From assembly GCA_019247195.1 (NCBI GenBank), contig JAFAPI010000114.1, forward strand, positions 259 through 64,258: 64,000 bases of DNA, read 5' to 3'. Every line of letters begins with the position of its first letter. Position 1 is the first letter of the stretch. The translations under genes were made by a program, and so were the position numbers. The notes beneath the pieces are model-generated. The model made no database searches. It saw only the letters and a program-made list of their open reading frames with translations, and had not been told where the DNA came from. Below, piece after piece: positions 50,000-59,441 of this stretch. This stretch comes from Gammaproteobacteria bacterium. Its GTDB lineage: Bacteria > Pseudomonadota > Gammaproteobacteria > Steroidobacterales > Steroidobacteraceae.

Positions 50000-52900
50000 C
50001 TAGCGGAAATCGCGCGAGCGCGTGGTGAGCGCGCCGAGCAGCGCCGTGCGGTCGATGAGGCGGTGGGCGATGAGGTGGGTGACGCCTTCCTGCTGCTGCA
50101 GCTCACCGTGCACCTCGAGCAGGCGCGACTGCAGCAGCGGGGCCCGCTGGGCGCGCCCGGTGCGCTCCCAGACGATGACATTAATCTGCCCGCTCTCATC
50201 CTCCAGCGTGACGAAGGTGACCCCGCCGGCGGTGCCGGGTCGCTGGCGCATGAGGACCAGCCCCGCGGTGCGCACGCGTGCACCGTTGCCCTGGGCGCGC
50301 ACCTCGGCGGCGGATTGCAGGGAGCCGGCACGCAGTCGTCCCCGCAGCAGCGCGAGCGGGTGGCGTCCGAGGGTCAACCCGAGCGAGGCATAGTCCGCGC
50401 TGATGCCCTCCCCCTCGCTGGGAGCGCGCAAGAGCGGATACCCCTCCTCGGCCTGCACGCCGCGGCCCGCCCCGAAGGACAGCGGCAGCGGGCGCTCGGC
50501 CCCCGCCACCTCCCAGAAGGCCAGATGGCGGTTGCCGCTCAGGGCGGCAAGGGCACCGGCCGCGGCGAGAGCCTCGAGGTCGCCGCGGTCGAGGCTCGCG
50601 CGCTGCGCCAGATCCTGCACGCTCGTGAAGGGCTCGGCCGCGCGCGCGACCTGCAGACGCTGCACCGCCGCCTCGCTCAGTGACTTCACCATGCGCAGGC
50701 CGAGCCGCAGCGCCGCGGCACCGTCCGCGCAGCGCTCGAGCGTACAGTCCCAGAGGCTCACGCAAACATCGGCCGGGCGGACCTCGACGCCGTGCTCACG
50801 CGCGTCCCGCACCAGTTGCGCCGGTGCGTAGAAGCCCATGGGCTGGCTGTTGAGCAGCGCGCAGGCGAAGGCCGCGGGCTCGTAGCGCTTGAGCCACGCC
50901 GAGTCGTACACCAGCAGCGCGAAGCTGGCGGCATGGGAGGCGGGAAAGCCGAACTCGCCAAAGCCGAGCATCTGCTGGTAGATGCGCTCGGCGAACTCCG
51001 CGCCGTAGCCGCGTTCATGCATGCCCTGTAGCAAGCGCTCGCGGAACGGATCCAGGCCGCCGGTCTTTTTCCACGCGCCCATCGCCCGGCGCAGCGCGTC
51101 CGCCTCACCGGGCGAGAAGCCTGCCGCGGCGATCGCGATCTGCATCACCTGTTCCTGGAAAATCGGCACCCCGAGGGTGCGCTCCAACACCTCGCGGACC
51201 TCCTCGCTCGGGTACGCCACCGCCTCCGCACCGCTGCGCCGGCGCAGGTAAGGATGGACCATGTCCCCCTGGATGGGTCCGGGGCGCACGATCGCCACCT
51301 CGATCACCAGGTCGTAGTAACAGCGCGGCCGCAGCCGCGGCAGCATCGCCATCTGCGCGCGCGACTCGATCTGAAAGACCCCGACGGTGTCGGCCCGGCA
51401 GATCATGTCGTAGACCGCCTCGTCCTCGGCCGGCAGCTCGCCGAGCCCGTAATGCGTGCCGCGGAACTCGTTCACCAGCGCGAAGGCGCGTCGCAGCGCG
51501 CTCAGCATGCCCAGGGCCAAGAGGTCCACCTTGAGAAGTCCCAGATCGTTGAGATCGTCCTTGTCCCACTGCACGACCGTGCGCTCGGGCATCGCCGCGT
51601 TCTCGACCGGGACCAGCTCCTCGAGCAGTCCCTCCGAGATCACGAATCCGCCGACGTGCTGGGACAGGTGGCGCGGAAAGCCGGGCATGGCGATGAGCTC
51701 CTGCGCCAGCGCGAGCAGCCGCGGCAGCCAGGGGCTCGCCGGGTCAAAGCCAGCCGCGCGCACGCGCTCCGGCAGGCTGGTGCCGGAGTCCCACCATTGC
51801 ATGACGCTCGCCAGGCGGGTGCTCTCCTGCACGCTCAGGCCGAACACCTTGCCGAGGTCGCGCAGCGCGCTGCGCGCGCGGTACATGATCACGGTGGCGG
51901 CGATCGCCGCCCGCTCGCGCCCGTACTTGGCGTACACGTACTGGAACACTTCCTCGCGCCGCTCGTGCTCGAAGTCGATGTCGATGTCAGGCGGCTCGTT
52001 GCGCTCGCGGGAGATGAAGCGCTCGAAGAGCAGGGAGCCGCCGCGCTGCGGATCCACCGAGGTCACCCCCAGGCAGTAGCAGACGCGCGAATTGGCCGCC
52101 GAGCCGCGGCCCTGACAGAGAATTCCCCGCCGGCGGGCGTAGGCGACGATGTCCTGCACGGTGAGGAAATACGGCTCGTAACCGAGCTCCGCGATCAACT
52201 CGAGTTCGTGCTCGATGGCCGCACGCTCGCGCGCCGGGACGCCGCCCGGCCAGCGCCAGTGCGCGCCCGCCTCGGTGAGCTCACGCAGGTACTCGGTGGC
52301 GGTGCGGCCTGGCGGTACGAGCTCGTGCGGGTACTCGTAGCGCAGCTCCTCGAGGCTGAAGTGACAGGCCGCGGCCACCGCCACCGCTTCGGCGCGCAGC
52401 GCCGCCGGGTACAGCCGCGCCAGGCGCTGTGGCTCGCGCAGGTAGCGCTCGCCGTTGCGATAAAGACGGGTGCCCGCTTCGCTGAGCGGCACGTTGAGCC
52501 GCACGGCGGTGAGTGCATCCTGCAGCGGCCGCCGGGCGCGCACGTGCATGTGCACATCGCCGCTGGCGAGCAGCGGCACCCCGTGCGCCACGCCGAGGGC
52601 CTGCAGGACGCCCAGCCGCCGCGCGTCCTCGCCCTCGCGCAGCAGCTCCACCGCGATGCGCAGCCGCGCACCGTAGCGCGCCTGCAGCCACAGCAGCTCC
52701 TCGGGCGCGGGAACCGCGCCCGGCACCCACAGCACGAAGCACTGTTCGAGGCAGGCCTCATCGAGCTGCGCGCGTGTCAGCGTGTAGCTGCCCTTGGGCG
52801 CGGCGCGGCGCGCGCGCGTGATGAGCCGGCACAGACGCCCGTAGCCGTGCCGATCGATGGCGAGGGCCACGAACTTCAGGCCGCAACTGAGGCGAAACTC

Positions 52901-53110
52901 GCTGCCGACGATGAATTTGAGCGGTCGCTCCTTCGCCGCCATGTGGGCGCGCACGACGCCGGCCATCGAACATTCATCCGTCAGCGCCAGTGCACGGTAG
53001 CCGAGCGCGATCGCCTGCTGTACGAGCTCGTGCGGGTGCGAGGCGCCGCGCAGGAAGCTGAAGTTGCTCAGGCAGTGCAGCTCGGCATAACCCACCGACG
53101 CCGCGCTCAT
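50000..53110 (-). CDS. dnaE2: Error-prone DNA polymerase DnaE2 (ImuC)
   Basis: The PHP domain start is YAELHCLSNFSFLRGAS, followed by a Pol III alpha core. The ATG at 53110 overlaps the imuB stop (ATGA). Confidence 0.95.
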   Translation of the reverse strand: MSAASVGYAELHCLSNFSFLRGASHPHELVQQAIALGYRALALTDECSMAGVVRAHMAAKERPLKFIVGSEFRLSCGLKFVALAIDRHGYGRLCRLITRARRAAPKGSYTLTRAQLDEACLEQCFVLWVPGAVPAPEELLWLQARYGARLRIAVELLREGEDARRLGVLQALGVAHGVPLLASGDVHMHVRARRPLQDALTAVRLNVPLSEAGTRLYRNGERYLREPQRLARLYPAALRAEAVAVAAACHFSLEELRYEYPHELVPPGRTATEYLRELTEAGAHWRWPGGVPARERAAIEHELELIAELGYEPYFLTVQDIVAYARRRGILCQGRGSAANSRVCYCLGVTSVDPQRGGSLLFERFISRERNEPPDIDIDFEHERREEVFQYVYAKYGRERAAIAATVIMYRARSALRDLGKVFGLSVQESTRLASVMQWWDSGTSLPERVRAAGFDPASPWLPRLLALAQELIAMPGFPRHLSQHVGGFVISEGLLEELVPVENAAMPERTVVQWDKDDLNDLGLLKVDLLALGMLSALRRAFALVNEFRGTHYGLGELPAEDEAVYDMICRADTVGVFQIESRAQMAMLPRLRPRCYYDLVIEVAIVRPGPIQGDMVHPYLRRRSGAEAVAYPSEEVREVLERTLGVPIFQEQVMQIAIAAAGFSPGEADALRRAMGAWKKTGGLDPFRERLLQGMHERGYGAEFAERIYQQMLGFGEFGFPASHAASFALLVYDSAWLKRYEPAAFACALLNSQPMGFYAPAQLVRDAREHGVEVRPADVCVSLWDCTLERCADGAAALRLGLRMVKSLSEAAVQRLQVARAAEPFTSVQDLAQRASLDRGDLEALAAAGALAALSGNRHLAFWEVAGAERPLPLSFGAGRGVQAEEGYPLLRAPSEGEGISADYASLGLTLGRHPLALLRGRLRAGSLQSAAEVRAQGNGARVRTAGLVLMRQRPGTAGGVTFVTLEDESGQINVIVWERTGRAQRAPLLQSRLLEVHGELQQQEGVTHLIAHRLIDRTALLGALTTRSRDFR

Positions 53111-54483
53111 CCGAATATCCCCTGCAGGAACCAGCCATGCGGCGCGCGCCGCTCGCGATACACCCACAGCCGGGCGCCGCGGACATCGAGCGCGGTGTAG
53201 TAATCCCGCACCACGTCCTCGCCATCCCACCAACCGCTCTCGATGCGCTCGGGCGTGCCGAGCAGCCGCAGCGGACCCTCCCGCTGCGGCACCCCCGCCC
53301 GCAGCGCGAGCGGCTGCGGCGCCGGCAACAGCCAGAGCGGCCGCGCGGCAGGCGGCGGCGGGCGCGTCGTCGGCGTCGCCCGAGTCAGCGATGGCGGCTC
53401 GGTGCGGGCGAAGGCGCGCTCCGGACGGTGATCGTCGTGCAGGCGCAGGCCGTGGATACAGTCCTCACCGAGACGAACCCGTAAGCGTTCAATGAGATCC
53501 GTCTCCTGCCCCACGGCCGCCCCGCCCTGTTCGCCGGGCTGCCACAGCGAGGCGCTGGGCGGGCCGTGCCGAAGCAGCGCCGAGGTGCGCAGCTCGAGTG
53601 CGCGCACCGGCGCGGGCAGACGCACACGGCGCAGTCGCTCCTGCAACAACGCGCTCAGATGTGCCGCCCGGGTCGCGGGGGCCGCGAGCTTCAGCTCGCA
53701 CAGCGTGGGCGGGAGCTGGCGGTGCAGGAACTGGCACTGCAGCTGCGCCACGCCCAGGCCACGCGACCGCAGGAAACGCTCCAGCTCAGTGAGCGGCACC
53801 TCCAGCGCCAGGAGCAGCCGCTCGTGGTCCTCGAGCTCGCAGCACAGCTCGCGACGGCGACGAAAGCGCAGCGGCGCCTGAAACCAGTGCCGTACGGTTG
53901 GCAGCCTTCCGGTGACCTGGTCGAGCTCGCGCAGCGCCGCTACCCCGAAGCGCTGCGCAAATCCGCCCCGCGGCAGGCGCAGCAGCGCCCCGAGCGTGCG
54001 TACGCCCACGCGCTTGAGCCGCTCGAGCCGCTCATCCGGCCAACGCAGCACCTGCAGGGGCAAAGATGCGAGCTGGCCGGTCAGCCGCGCCCGCTCGAGC
54101 ACCGCAGCGTGCCGGCCGCCCCGCACCAGCAGCAGGGCCGCCAGCGGCGTCGGCGCCAGAGCCAGCGCCCCGGCGACGCCGAAATTTCGCTGAAGTGCGG
54201 CCCGCAGTCCCTCCACACCGCCAAACAGCTTCAGGCTGCCCTGCACCTCGAGCAGGAGTGCGTCCGGTGGCTCGAGGCTCACCCGTGGGGTGAAGCTGAG
54301 TGCCTGCTCCGCAAGCGCCTCCAGCGGCGCCGTCGGGCCTGCGCCCAGCTGCAGCGCGGCCCAGAGCTCCCGTGCGGCGGATGCCACACCGGCCGGCGGC
54401 ACGAGAGCGAGCGGCGCGAGCGGCGCCGTGGGGGGCGAGACGCTCGGCCGCGGGGGCGCCCGGTGGCGCGAAGCGCGGCTCAT
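53107..54483 (-). CDS. imuB: ImuB, Y-family polymerase-like protein of the SOS mutagenesis cassette
   Basis: The call rests on its position between imuA and dnaE2, an N-terminus LWAALQL.. typical of ImuB, and a length of about 458 aa. The ATG at 54483 overlaps the imuA stop (ATGA). Confidence 0.8.
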   Translation of the reverse strand: MSRASRHRAPPRPSVSPPTAPLAPLALVPPAGVASAARELWAALQLGAGPTAPLEALAEQALSFTPRVSLEPPDALLLEVQGSLKLFGGVEGLRAALQRNFGVAGALALAPTPLAALLLVRGGRHAAVLERARLTGQLASLPLQVLRWPDERLERLKRVGVRTLGALLRLPRGGFAQRFGVAALRELDQVTGRLPTVRHWFQAPLRFRRRRELCCELEDHERLLLALEVPLTELERFLRSRGLGVAQLQCQFLHRQLPPTLCELKLAAPATRAAHLSALLQERLRRVRLPAPVRALELRTSALLRHGPPSASLWQPGEQGGAAVGQETDLIERLRVRLGEDCIHGLRLHDDHRPERAFARTEPPSLTRATPTTRPPPPAARPLWLLPAPQPLALRAGVPQREGPLRLLGTPERIESGWWDGEDVVRDYYTALDVRGARLWVYRERRAPHGWFLQGIFG

Positions 54484-55106
54484 GATGAGCCCTCGCACAG
54501 GGGCGGTGTCAGCTGCAGCGACGAGCCGGTCGCACTGCGGCCCTTGAGGATCGTGACCCGCACGCCGAGCGCAGCCGGCGACACTGCCAGACGCAGCTGC
54601 GCGGCGGAAGGCTCGCGGGCGGCGCCACGCGCCCGGAACAGCACACCCAGGGTGCGGCCGTGGGTCGCGGCGAGCTGGAGGCGGCGAGTATCCCGGGGTC
54701 GCAGGTGCGCGATCCAGGCGAGCGCCGCATCACAGGCGCCCGAACGCAGCACTTGCTCGAAGGACCACAACGGCTGCTCGCCACTGACCAGGGCGATGCG
54801 CTCGAGTCTCACGCCCTGGGCACTGAGGCCGGGTGCGAAGGGCAGCAGCGGCGGTGCCACCCATACGCACCAGCGCCCGCTGGCGCGCTGCGTGAGCTGC
54901 GCCAGGAGTGGCAAGAGGATCGTCAGCTCGCCGCTGCCGAAGCGGGCGAGCACCTCGATCAAGCCACTGCGGGGCCAGCCTCCTGCCGGCAGCCGGGCGT
55001 CGAGCGCCGTGAAGCCGCTCGGCCAGCACGCCTGCGGCGCGGCACTGCGACCGCGCCAGATGGCCGGGTGCTCGAGTAAACGAGCGATGTTCGCATCCCC
55101 GTCCAT
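54480..55106 (-). CDS. imuA: ImuA, RecA/SulA-like cell-division-inhibitor-type protein of the mutagenesis cassette
   Basis: It reads ..IWRG........PSGF.ALD..LPGGGWP.S.L.E.L in 208 aa. It lies directly upstream of imuB-dnaE2. Confidence 0.8.
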   Translation of the reverse strand: MDGDANIARLLEHPAIWRGRSAAPQACWPSGFTALDARLPAGGWPRSGLIEVLARFGSGELTILLPLLAQLTQRASGRWCVWVAPPLLPFAPGLSAQGVRLERIALVSGEQPLWSFEQVLRSGACDAALAWIAHLRPRDTRRLQLAATHGRTLGVLFRARGAAREPSAAQLRLAVSPAALGVRVTILKGRSATGSSLQLTPPLCEGSS

Positions 55107-55170
55107 GGCGCTCTGGGTACGGGCAGAAACAGGACCTCGGTGGAGGGCAGAGAAGGCAGGCGGGGGTGCG

Positions 55171-55794
55171 TCACGAGAGGCCGGTGCGGGTCCCGCGACG
55201 CAGCACGCCGACGACGATCCCCTCGATGAGCAGGGGCTCCTGCTTGAGATCCACGCGGATCGGTTCGAATTCGGCGTTCTCGGGCATCAGCCACACCACC
55301 GAACCTTCCTGGCGGTAGCGCTTCACGGTGACCTCATTCTCCAGCCGCGCAACCACGATCTGCCGGCTGCGCACCTCCGCGGTGCGATGCACCGCCACCA
55401 GATCCCCATCCAAGATCCCCGCGTCCTTCATGCTCATGCCGATGACCTTCAGCAGGTAGTGCGGCCGGGGCTGAAACAGTCCGGGGTCGACCTGTAGACG
55501 CGCCTCGAAATTCTCCTCGGCGAAGATGGGCTTGCCGGCGGCCACGCGCCCGATGAGGGGCAGTCCCATCTGCTCCCGGATGGTGTCCTTGAGCTGAATC
55601 CCCCGCGAGGTGCCCGGCACCAGTGCGATGACCCCCTTGCGTGCGAGGGCCCGCAGGTGCTCCTCCGCGGCATTGGCCGAGCGAAAACCGAGCTCACGGG
55701 CAATCTCCGCGCGGGTGGGGGGCATACCCGTCTCGCCGATAAAGCGCTGGATAAGCCTCAGGATCTGGGTCTGTCGGGGGGTAAGGTCAGACAT
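55171..55794 (-). CDS. lexA: LexA repressor
   Basis: The wHTH reads [12 protein letters not shown]...[33 protein letters not shown]. The Ala-Gly cleavage site is VAAGKP. The S24 peptidase domain is present (MKD.GI.DGDL..V). Confidence 0.95.
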   Translation of the reverse strand: MSDLTPRQTQILRLIQRFIGETGMPPTRAEIARELGFRSANAAEEHLRALARKGVIALVPGTSRGIQLKDTIREQMGLPLIGRVAAGKPIFAEENFEARLQVDPGLFQPRPHYLLKVIGMSMKDAGILDGDLVAVHRTAEVRSRQIVVARLENEVTVKRYRQEGSVVWLMPENAEFEPIRVDLKQEPLLIEGIVVGVLRRGTRTGLS

Positions 55795-55803
55795 GGAGGC
55801 TTC

Positions 55804-55838
55804 CTGTTTTTATATACAGCTACTGTGATTATATCCAG
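55804..55838 (-). promoter_or_regulatory. Two tandem LexA (SOS) boxes upstream of lexA
   Basis: On the lexA strand the boxes read CTGTATATAAAAACAG (55804-55819) and CTGGATATAATCACAG (55823-55838). Both fit CTGT-N8-ACAG (the distal one with one mismatch) and they are 3 nt apart. Confidence 0.8.
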
Positions 55839-55855
55839 AGAGTGCCGGCAGGCAA
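55828..55855 (-). promoter_or_regulatory. Sigma-70-like lexA promoter
   Basis: A perfect -10 TATAAT (55828-55833, inside the distal SOS box) lies 16 nt from a -35-like TTGCCT (55850-55855). Confidence 0.55.
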
Positions 55856-56230
55856 GGGGCGAATAAAAAAATTGCCGTGCGTTGCACGAGCGTGGGCTCT
55901 GCCCTCGCCATTCAGTGTGCGTTCACGCCATCGACGAAATTTCTCACGCGCGTGTCAGATTTTTCTTGCGCGCAAGCGGCGTATCGCCAACAAGCGCGCG
56001 AGCGCGCGCGCGAGCTGACGCGCGACGCCGCACTGCGCTGTGATCTTCCGCGTACACCAACACGTTACGCGCGATTCATGTGTCGCGTCACGAAGACAAC
56101 GCGCGTGTTTGGAGTTGCATTCCGGGGGTAAATTTGATGCAGTTACAACAGCGAACGACGGAGGAACTTGCCCCCCGGAGTCGCTTCGGTTAATCAGGAC
56201 TCCCGAATCAACAACCCAAAGGGGACGTGT

Positions 56231-56548
56231 ATGAAGTGCGCGAGCGTTGTGACTGCGGCGGCTGCCGCGGCAGTAATGATTGGACTAACTGGCTGTACGG
56301 ATCTGAAGCCACTGCAGGCGCAGGTCGATGACCTGAAGGCGCAGCTGGCGAAGGTCCAGGGCGACGCCTCCGCGGCCAAGAGCTCGGCTGACCAGGCCAA
56401 CAGCGCCGCATCGTCGGCGGGGCAGTCCGCGAGCGGTGCGCAGAGCACGGCCAACCAGGCGCTGGCTGCGGCTCACGCGAGTCAGTCGTGCTGTGACGCG
56501 ACGAATGAGAAGATCGACCGCATGTTCAAGCGGTCTGTCTCCAAGTAA
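56231..56548 (+). CDS. Lpp/OprI-like alanine-zipper murein lipoprotein
   Basis: It has a signal peptide with lipobox LTGC and an Ala/Gln/Ser-rich heptad-like helix. The C-terminal ..KRSVSK ends in Lys, as in peptidoglycan-linked Lpp/OprI. Confidence 0.7.
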   Translation: MKCASVVTAAAAAAVMIGLTGCTDLKPLQAQVDDLKAQLAKVQGDASAAKSSADQANSAASSAGQSASGAQSTANQALAAAHASQSCCDATNEKIDRMFKRSVSK

Positions 56549-56575
56549 ATCGCCAGCTTTCAGGTCGATTGAGGC

Positions 56576-56600
56576 AAACGCCGCGCATCGCGCGGCGTTT
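56576..56600. terminator. Rho-independent terminator between convergent lpp-like and fabH genes
   Basis: AAACGCCGCG (56576-56585) pairs with CGCGGCGTTT (56591-56600) around a 5-nt loop. A/T runs flank both sides, so it could work in both directions. Confidence 0.65.
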
Positions 56601-56629
56601 GCTTCTGGGCCGCGGCTGACTGCCGCTGC

Positions 56630-57586
56630 TTAGTAGCGCACCAGCGCCGAGCCCCAGGTAAATCCGCCGCCGAACGCCTCCAGCAGCAGCAGGTCGCCGC
56701 GCTTGATGCGCCCGTCGCGCACCCCGACGTCAAGCGCCAGCGGCACGGAGGCGGCGGAGGTGTTGCCGTGGTCCTGCACGGTGACGATGACGCGCTCCAT
56801 CGGCATGGCGAGCTTGGTGGCGGTCGCCTGGATGATGCGGATGTTGGCCTGGTGCGGCACGAGCCAGTCCAGGGCTCCGCGCTCCAGGCCATTCGCGCTG
56901 AGTGTCTCGTCCACCACCGAGCCGAGCTTGCTCACGGCGATCTTGAAGACCTCCTTGCCGGCCATCGTGATCGCCGGGCTCAGGCTCAGGCCTTTGGAGA
57001 CGCCACTGCCGCAGTAGAGCAGCTCCTGGTGACGCCCATCCGCGTGCAGGTGCGTCGAGAGTACGCCCGGTGCTGCGGCCGGCTCCAGCACCACCGCCCC
57101 GGCACCGTCGGCGAAGAGCACGGCCGTGGCCCGATCCTTCCAGTCCGTGATGCGTGAGAGGGTCTCGGCGCCGACCACGAGTGCGCGCTTCGCGTCGCCG
57201 CAGCGCACGTACTTGTCGGCGATCGAGAGCGCGTACATGAACCCCGAGCAGGCCGTCTCCAGGCTGAAGGCCGGAACGCCGTAGCAGCCGAGGCGCTCCT
57301 GCAGCAGCACCCCGCAATTGGGAAAGATCAGGTCCGGGGTCGTGGTACCGAAGGCGATGAAATCCACCTCGCCCGGTGCCACGCCGGCCGCATCGAGCGC
57401 GCGCCGGGCGGCGCGCTCGGCCAGATCGACCGTGGTCTCTCCCGCGGCGGCGATGTGGCGCCGCTCGATGCCGGTACGGGTGCGGATCCACTCATCGGTG
57501 GTGTCGACCAGCTTCTCCAGCTCCGCATTGGTCAGCACGCGCTCGGGGAGGTAGGCGCCGGTGGCCGCGATGCGCGAGTAGATCAA
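56630..57586 (-). CDS. fabH: 3-oxoacyl-ACP synthase III
   Basis: It starts MIYSRI..TG.YLPERVLTN.ELEK.VDTTDEWI..RTGI..R. The active-site residue is in CSGF and the C-terminus is GGGFTWG..L.RY. Confidence 0.95.
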   Translation of the reverse strand: MIYSRIAATGAYLPERVLTNAELEKLVDTTDEWIRTRTGIERRHIAAAGETTVDLAERAARRALDAAGVAPGEVDFIAFGTTTPDLIFPNCGVLLQERLGCYGVPAFSLETACSGFMYALSIADKYVRCGDAKRALVVGAETLSRITDWKDRATAVLFADGAGAVVLEPAAAPGVLSTHLHADGRHQELLYCGSGVSKGLSLSPAITMAGKEVFKIAVSKLGSVVDETLSANGLERGALDWLVPHQANIRIIQATATKLAMPMERVIVTVQDHGNTSAASVPLALDVGVRDGRIKRGDLLLLEAFGGGFTWGSALVRY

Positions 57587-58608
57587 GCGAGCGTCCCTTC
57601 CGCGGGCAGCGCCTGGGGCTTGAGGGCCTCGGCTATCTGCGTCGTGATGCCGTGTCGTGCAGCGCGGGCTGCCGTACCGATCGCGCGCGCGAAAGCGACA
57701 CCGTCGGCGCGACCGTGGCTTTTTACCACGATCCCGGCAAGTCCGACCATGCAGGCGCCGTTGTAGCGGCGCGGATCCAGTCCCGCCGCGGCGCGGCGCA
57801 GGACCCCGCGCGCCACGAGGCCGGCGAGCCGCGCTCCGGTGGAGGCTTGAAACTCCTGACGCAGCCGCGCGGCGATGAGTCCGGCCAGGCCCTCCATGGT
57901 CTTGAGCGCCACATTGCCGGTGAATCCGTCGGTGACGACGACGTCGACGTCTCCGGAAAAGATGTCATCGCCCTCGACGAAGCCGACGTAGTTCAGCGGG
58001 CCGGCGCTCAGCAGCGCGTGGGCCGCCTGCACCACCTCGTGACCCTTCATGTCCTCCTCGCCGATATTGAGCAGACCGATGCGTGGTTGGGGGAGTCCGT
58101 ACACGTCGCGCGCCACGATGGCTCCCATGGCCGCGAACTGACGCAGCTGCTCGGGGGTCGCCTTGGTGTTGGCGCCGAGGTCGAGCATCTGGGTAAGACC
58201 GTGGGCCGCGGGGATGGCCGAGATGATCGCCGCTCGTTCCACGCCCGGAACGGTCTTGAGCACGAAGTGCGCGATGGCGGTGAGTGCGCCGGTGTTGCCG
58301 GCGCTGACCGCCGCCGCGGCGCGTCCCTCGTGCACCAGGTCGATCGCCACGCGCATCGACGAATCCTTCTTGCGCCGGATCGCCTCGCGCGGTTTCTCCT
58401 CCATGGTGACGATCTGCGAGGCGGCGATGGCCGCAGCACGCTCGCGCACCGCGGCGGGCGCACCCGCCAGCGCGCGGTTGATGAGATCGCCATCGCCCAC
58501 CAAGAGGGCCCGCAGCTCCGCGTCGTCCGCGAGCGCGCGCAACGCGCCGGCGACGTAGTCGCCCGGCGGGTTGTCGCCGCTCATTACGTCAATGGCGATC
58601 GGCTGCAC
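57583..58608 (-). CDS. plsX: Phosphate acyltransferase PlsX
   Basis: It reads IAIDVMSGD..P and ..LLNIGEE..KG.. and ..DGFTGNVALKT.EG. The stop overlaps the fabH start. Confidence 0.95.
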   Translation of the reverse strand: MQPIAIDVMSGDNPPGDYVAGALRALADDAELRALLVGDGDLINRALAGAPAAVRERAAAIAASQIVTMEEKPREAIRRKKDSSMRVAIDLVHEGRAAAAVSAGNTGALTAIAHFVLKTVPGVERAAIISAIPAAHGLTQMLDLGANTKATPEQLRQFAAMGAIVARDVYGLPQPRIGLLNIGEEDMKGHEVVQAAHALLSAGPLNYVGFVEGDDIFSGDVDVVVTDGFTGNVALKTMEGLAGLIAARLRQEFQASTGARLAGLVARGVLRRAAAGLDPRRYNGACMVGLAGIVVKSHGRADGVAFARAIGTAARAARHGITTQIAEALKPQALPAEGTLA

Positions 58609-58643
58609 GCCGGACCCTTAAACGCCCCAGGTGGAGCGAGGCG

Positions 58644-58838
58644 CTATTCCTTTTCGTCGGCTTCGGCAGGCTTTTCCAGGACTCGCCGGCCGCGATAGAA
58701 CCCATCGGGGGTGATGCGGTGGCGCAGGTGGGTCTCGCCCGATTGCGGGTCGGTCGACAGCGCCGGTCGCGCCAGGCGGTCATGCGAGCGGTGCATGCCG
58801 CGGCGCGAAGGGGTCTTGCGGCTCTTTTGGACGGCCAT
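58644..58838 (-). CDS. rpmF: 50S ribosomal protein L32
   Basis: It starts [20 protein letters not shown] and is 64 aa long. Confidence 0.97.
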   Translation of the reverse strand: MAVQKSRKTPSRRGMHRSHDRLARPALSTDPQSGETHLRHRITPDGFYRGRRVLEKPAEADEKE

Positions 58839-58856
58839 GGGGTCAGCTCCTCGATC

Positions 58857-59357
58857 TCATTCTGAACGCTTCAACAAGTCCCCGAGCCCGGCGAAGGGCC
58901 GGTGCCGAGGCGCCGCCGTGTCCGCCGCGCGGGCCGGACACTCCTCCGGCGCAGCATGCAGGGCCACGATCGGCAGCGCGAGCAGCAGCTCCTCCGTAAT
59001 GAGCGCGCCCACGGTGGTCCGTCCACCGGGAGCGAGCATCGGCTCGAGGTCCTCCGGGACGCGCGTCGCATCCGCCTCGCTCGCCACCAGCGCCACACGG
59101 CTCTCGGCCTCGAGCCGCACGTGCAGCGGCTGCAGGCAGCGCTGGCAGTTCAGCCGCGCCTCGCCACGCAACGCCAGCTCCGCGACCGGCCAGCCGCGAT
59201 CGCGCGTGAAGTGCAGTCGTCCCTCGGTGTGTCCCGCGAGCTCCGGACGCTGCGTCCGCAGCGGCTCGAGTTGCGCGAGCGGGACCTCGAAATCGACGTT
59301 GGCTCCGCCATCGGCCAGCCGGTCAATCTCGAGAGGCCTCGACCAGGGCGGCGACAT
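58857..59357 (-). CDS. yceD: YceD (DUF177) 23S rRNA accumulation protein
   Basis: The conserved CQRCL motif is present, the tail is acidic, and the gene sits upstream of rpmF-plsX-fabH. I chose the ATG at 59357. Confidence 0.85.
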   Translation of the reverse strand: MSPPWSRPLEIDRLADGGANVDFEVPLAQLEPLRTQRPELAGHTEGRLHFTRDRGWPVAELALRGEARLNCQRCLQPLHVRLEAESRVALVASEADATRVPEDLEPMLAPGGRTTVGALITEELLLALPIVALHAAPEECPARAADTAAPRHRPFAGLGDLLKRSE

Positions 59358-59441
59358 GGGGCGCGTATAATAGGTATCGGGTCCGCCCAAGTCAAAGACG
59401 ATGTCCGCTCTAAGCCTTTGTTTCTCGAAGGCGAAAGGCCC

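Noticed and set aside
55877-56131. An 84-aa ORF divergent from lexA, just beyond the SOS boxes, considered as a possible SOS-induced small toxin of the TisB/SymE type.
   Set aside because: It has no Shine-Dalgarno and no hydrophobic helix. The composition is Arg/Ala/Thr-rich and looks non-coding, and the frame runs through the CGCGCG repeat region. I treated the region as non-coding.
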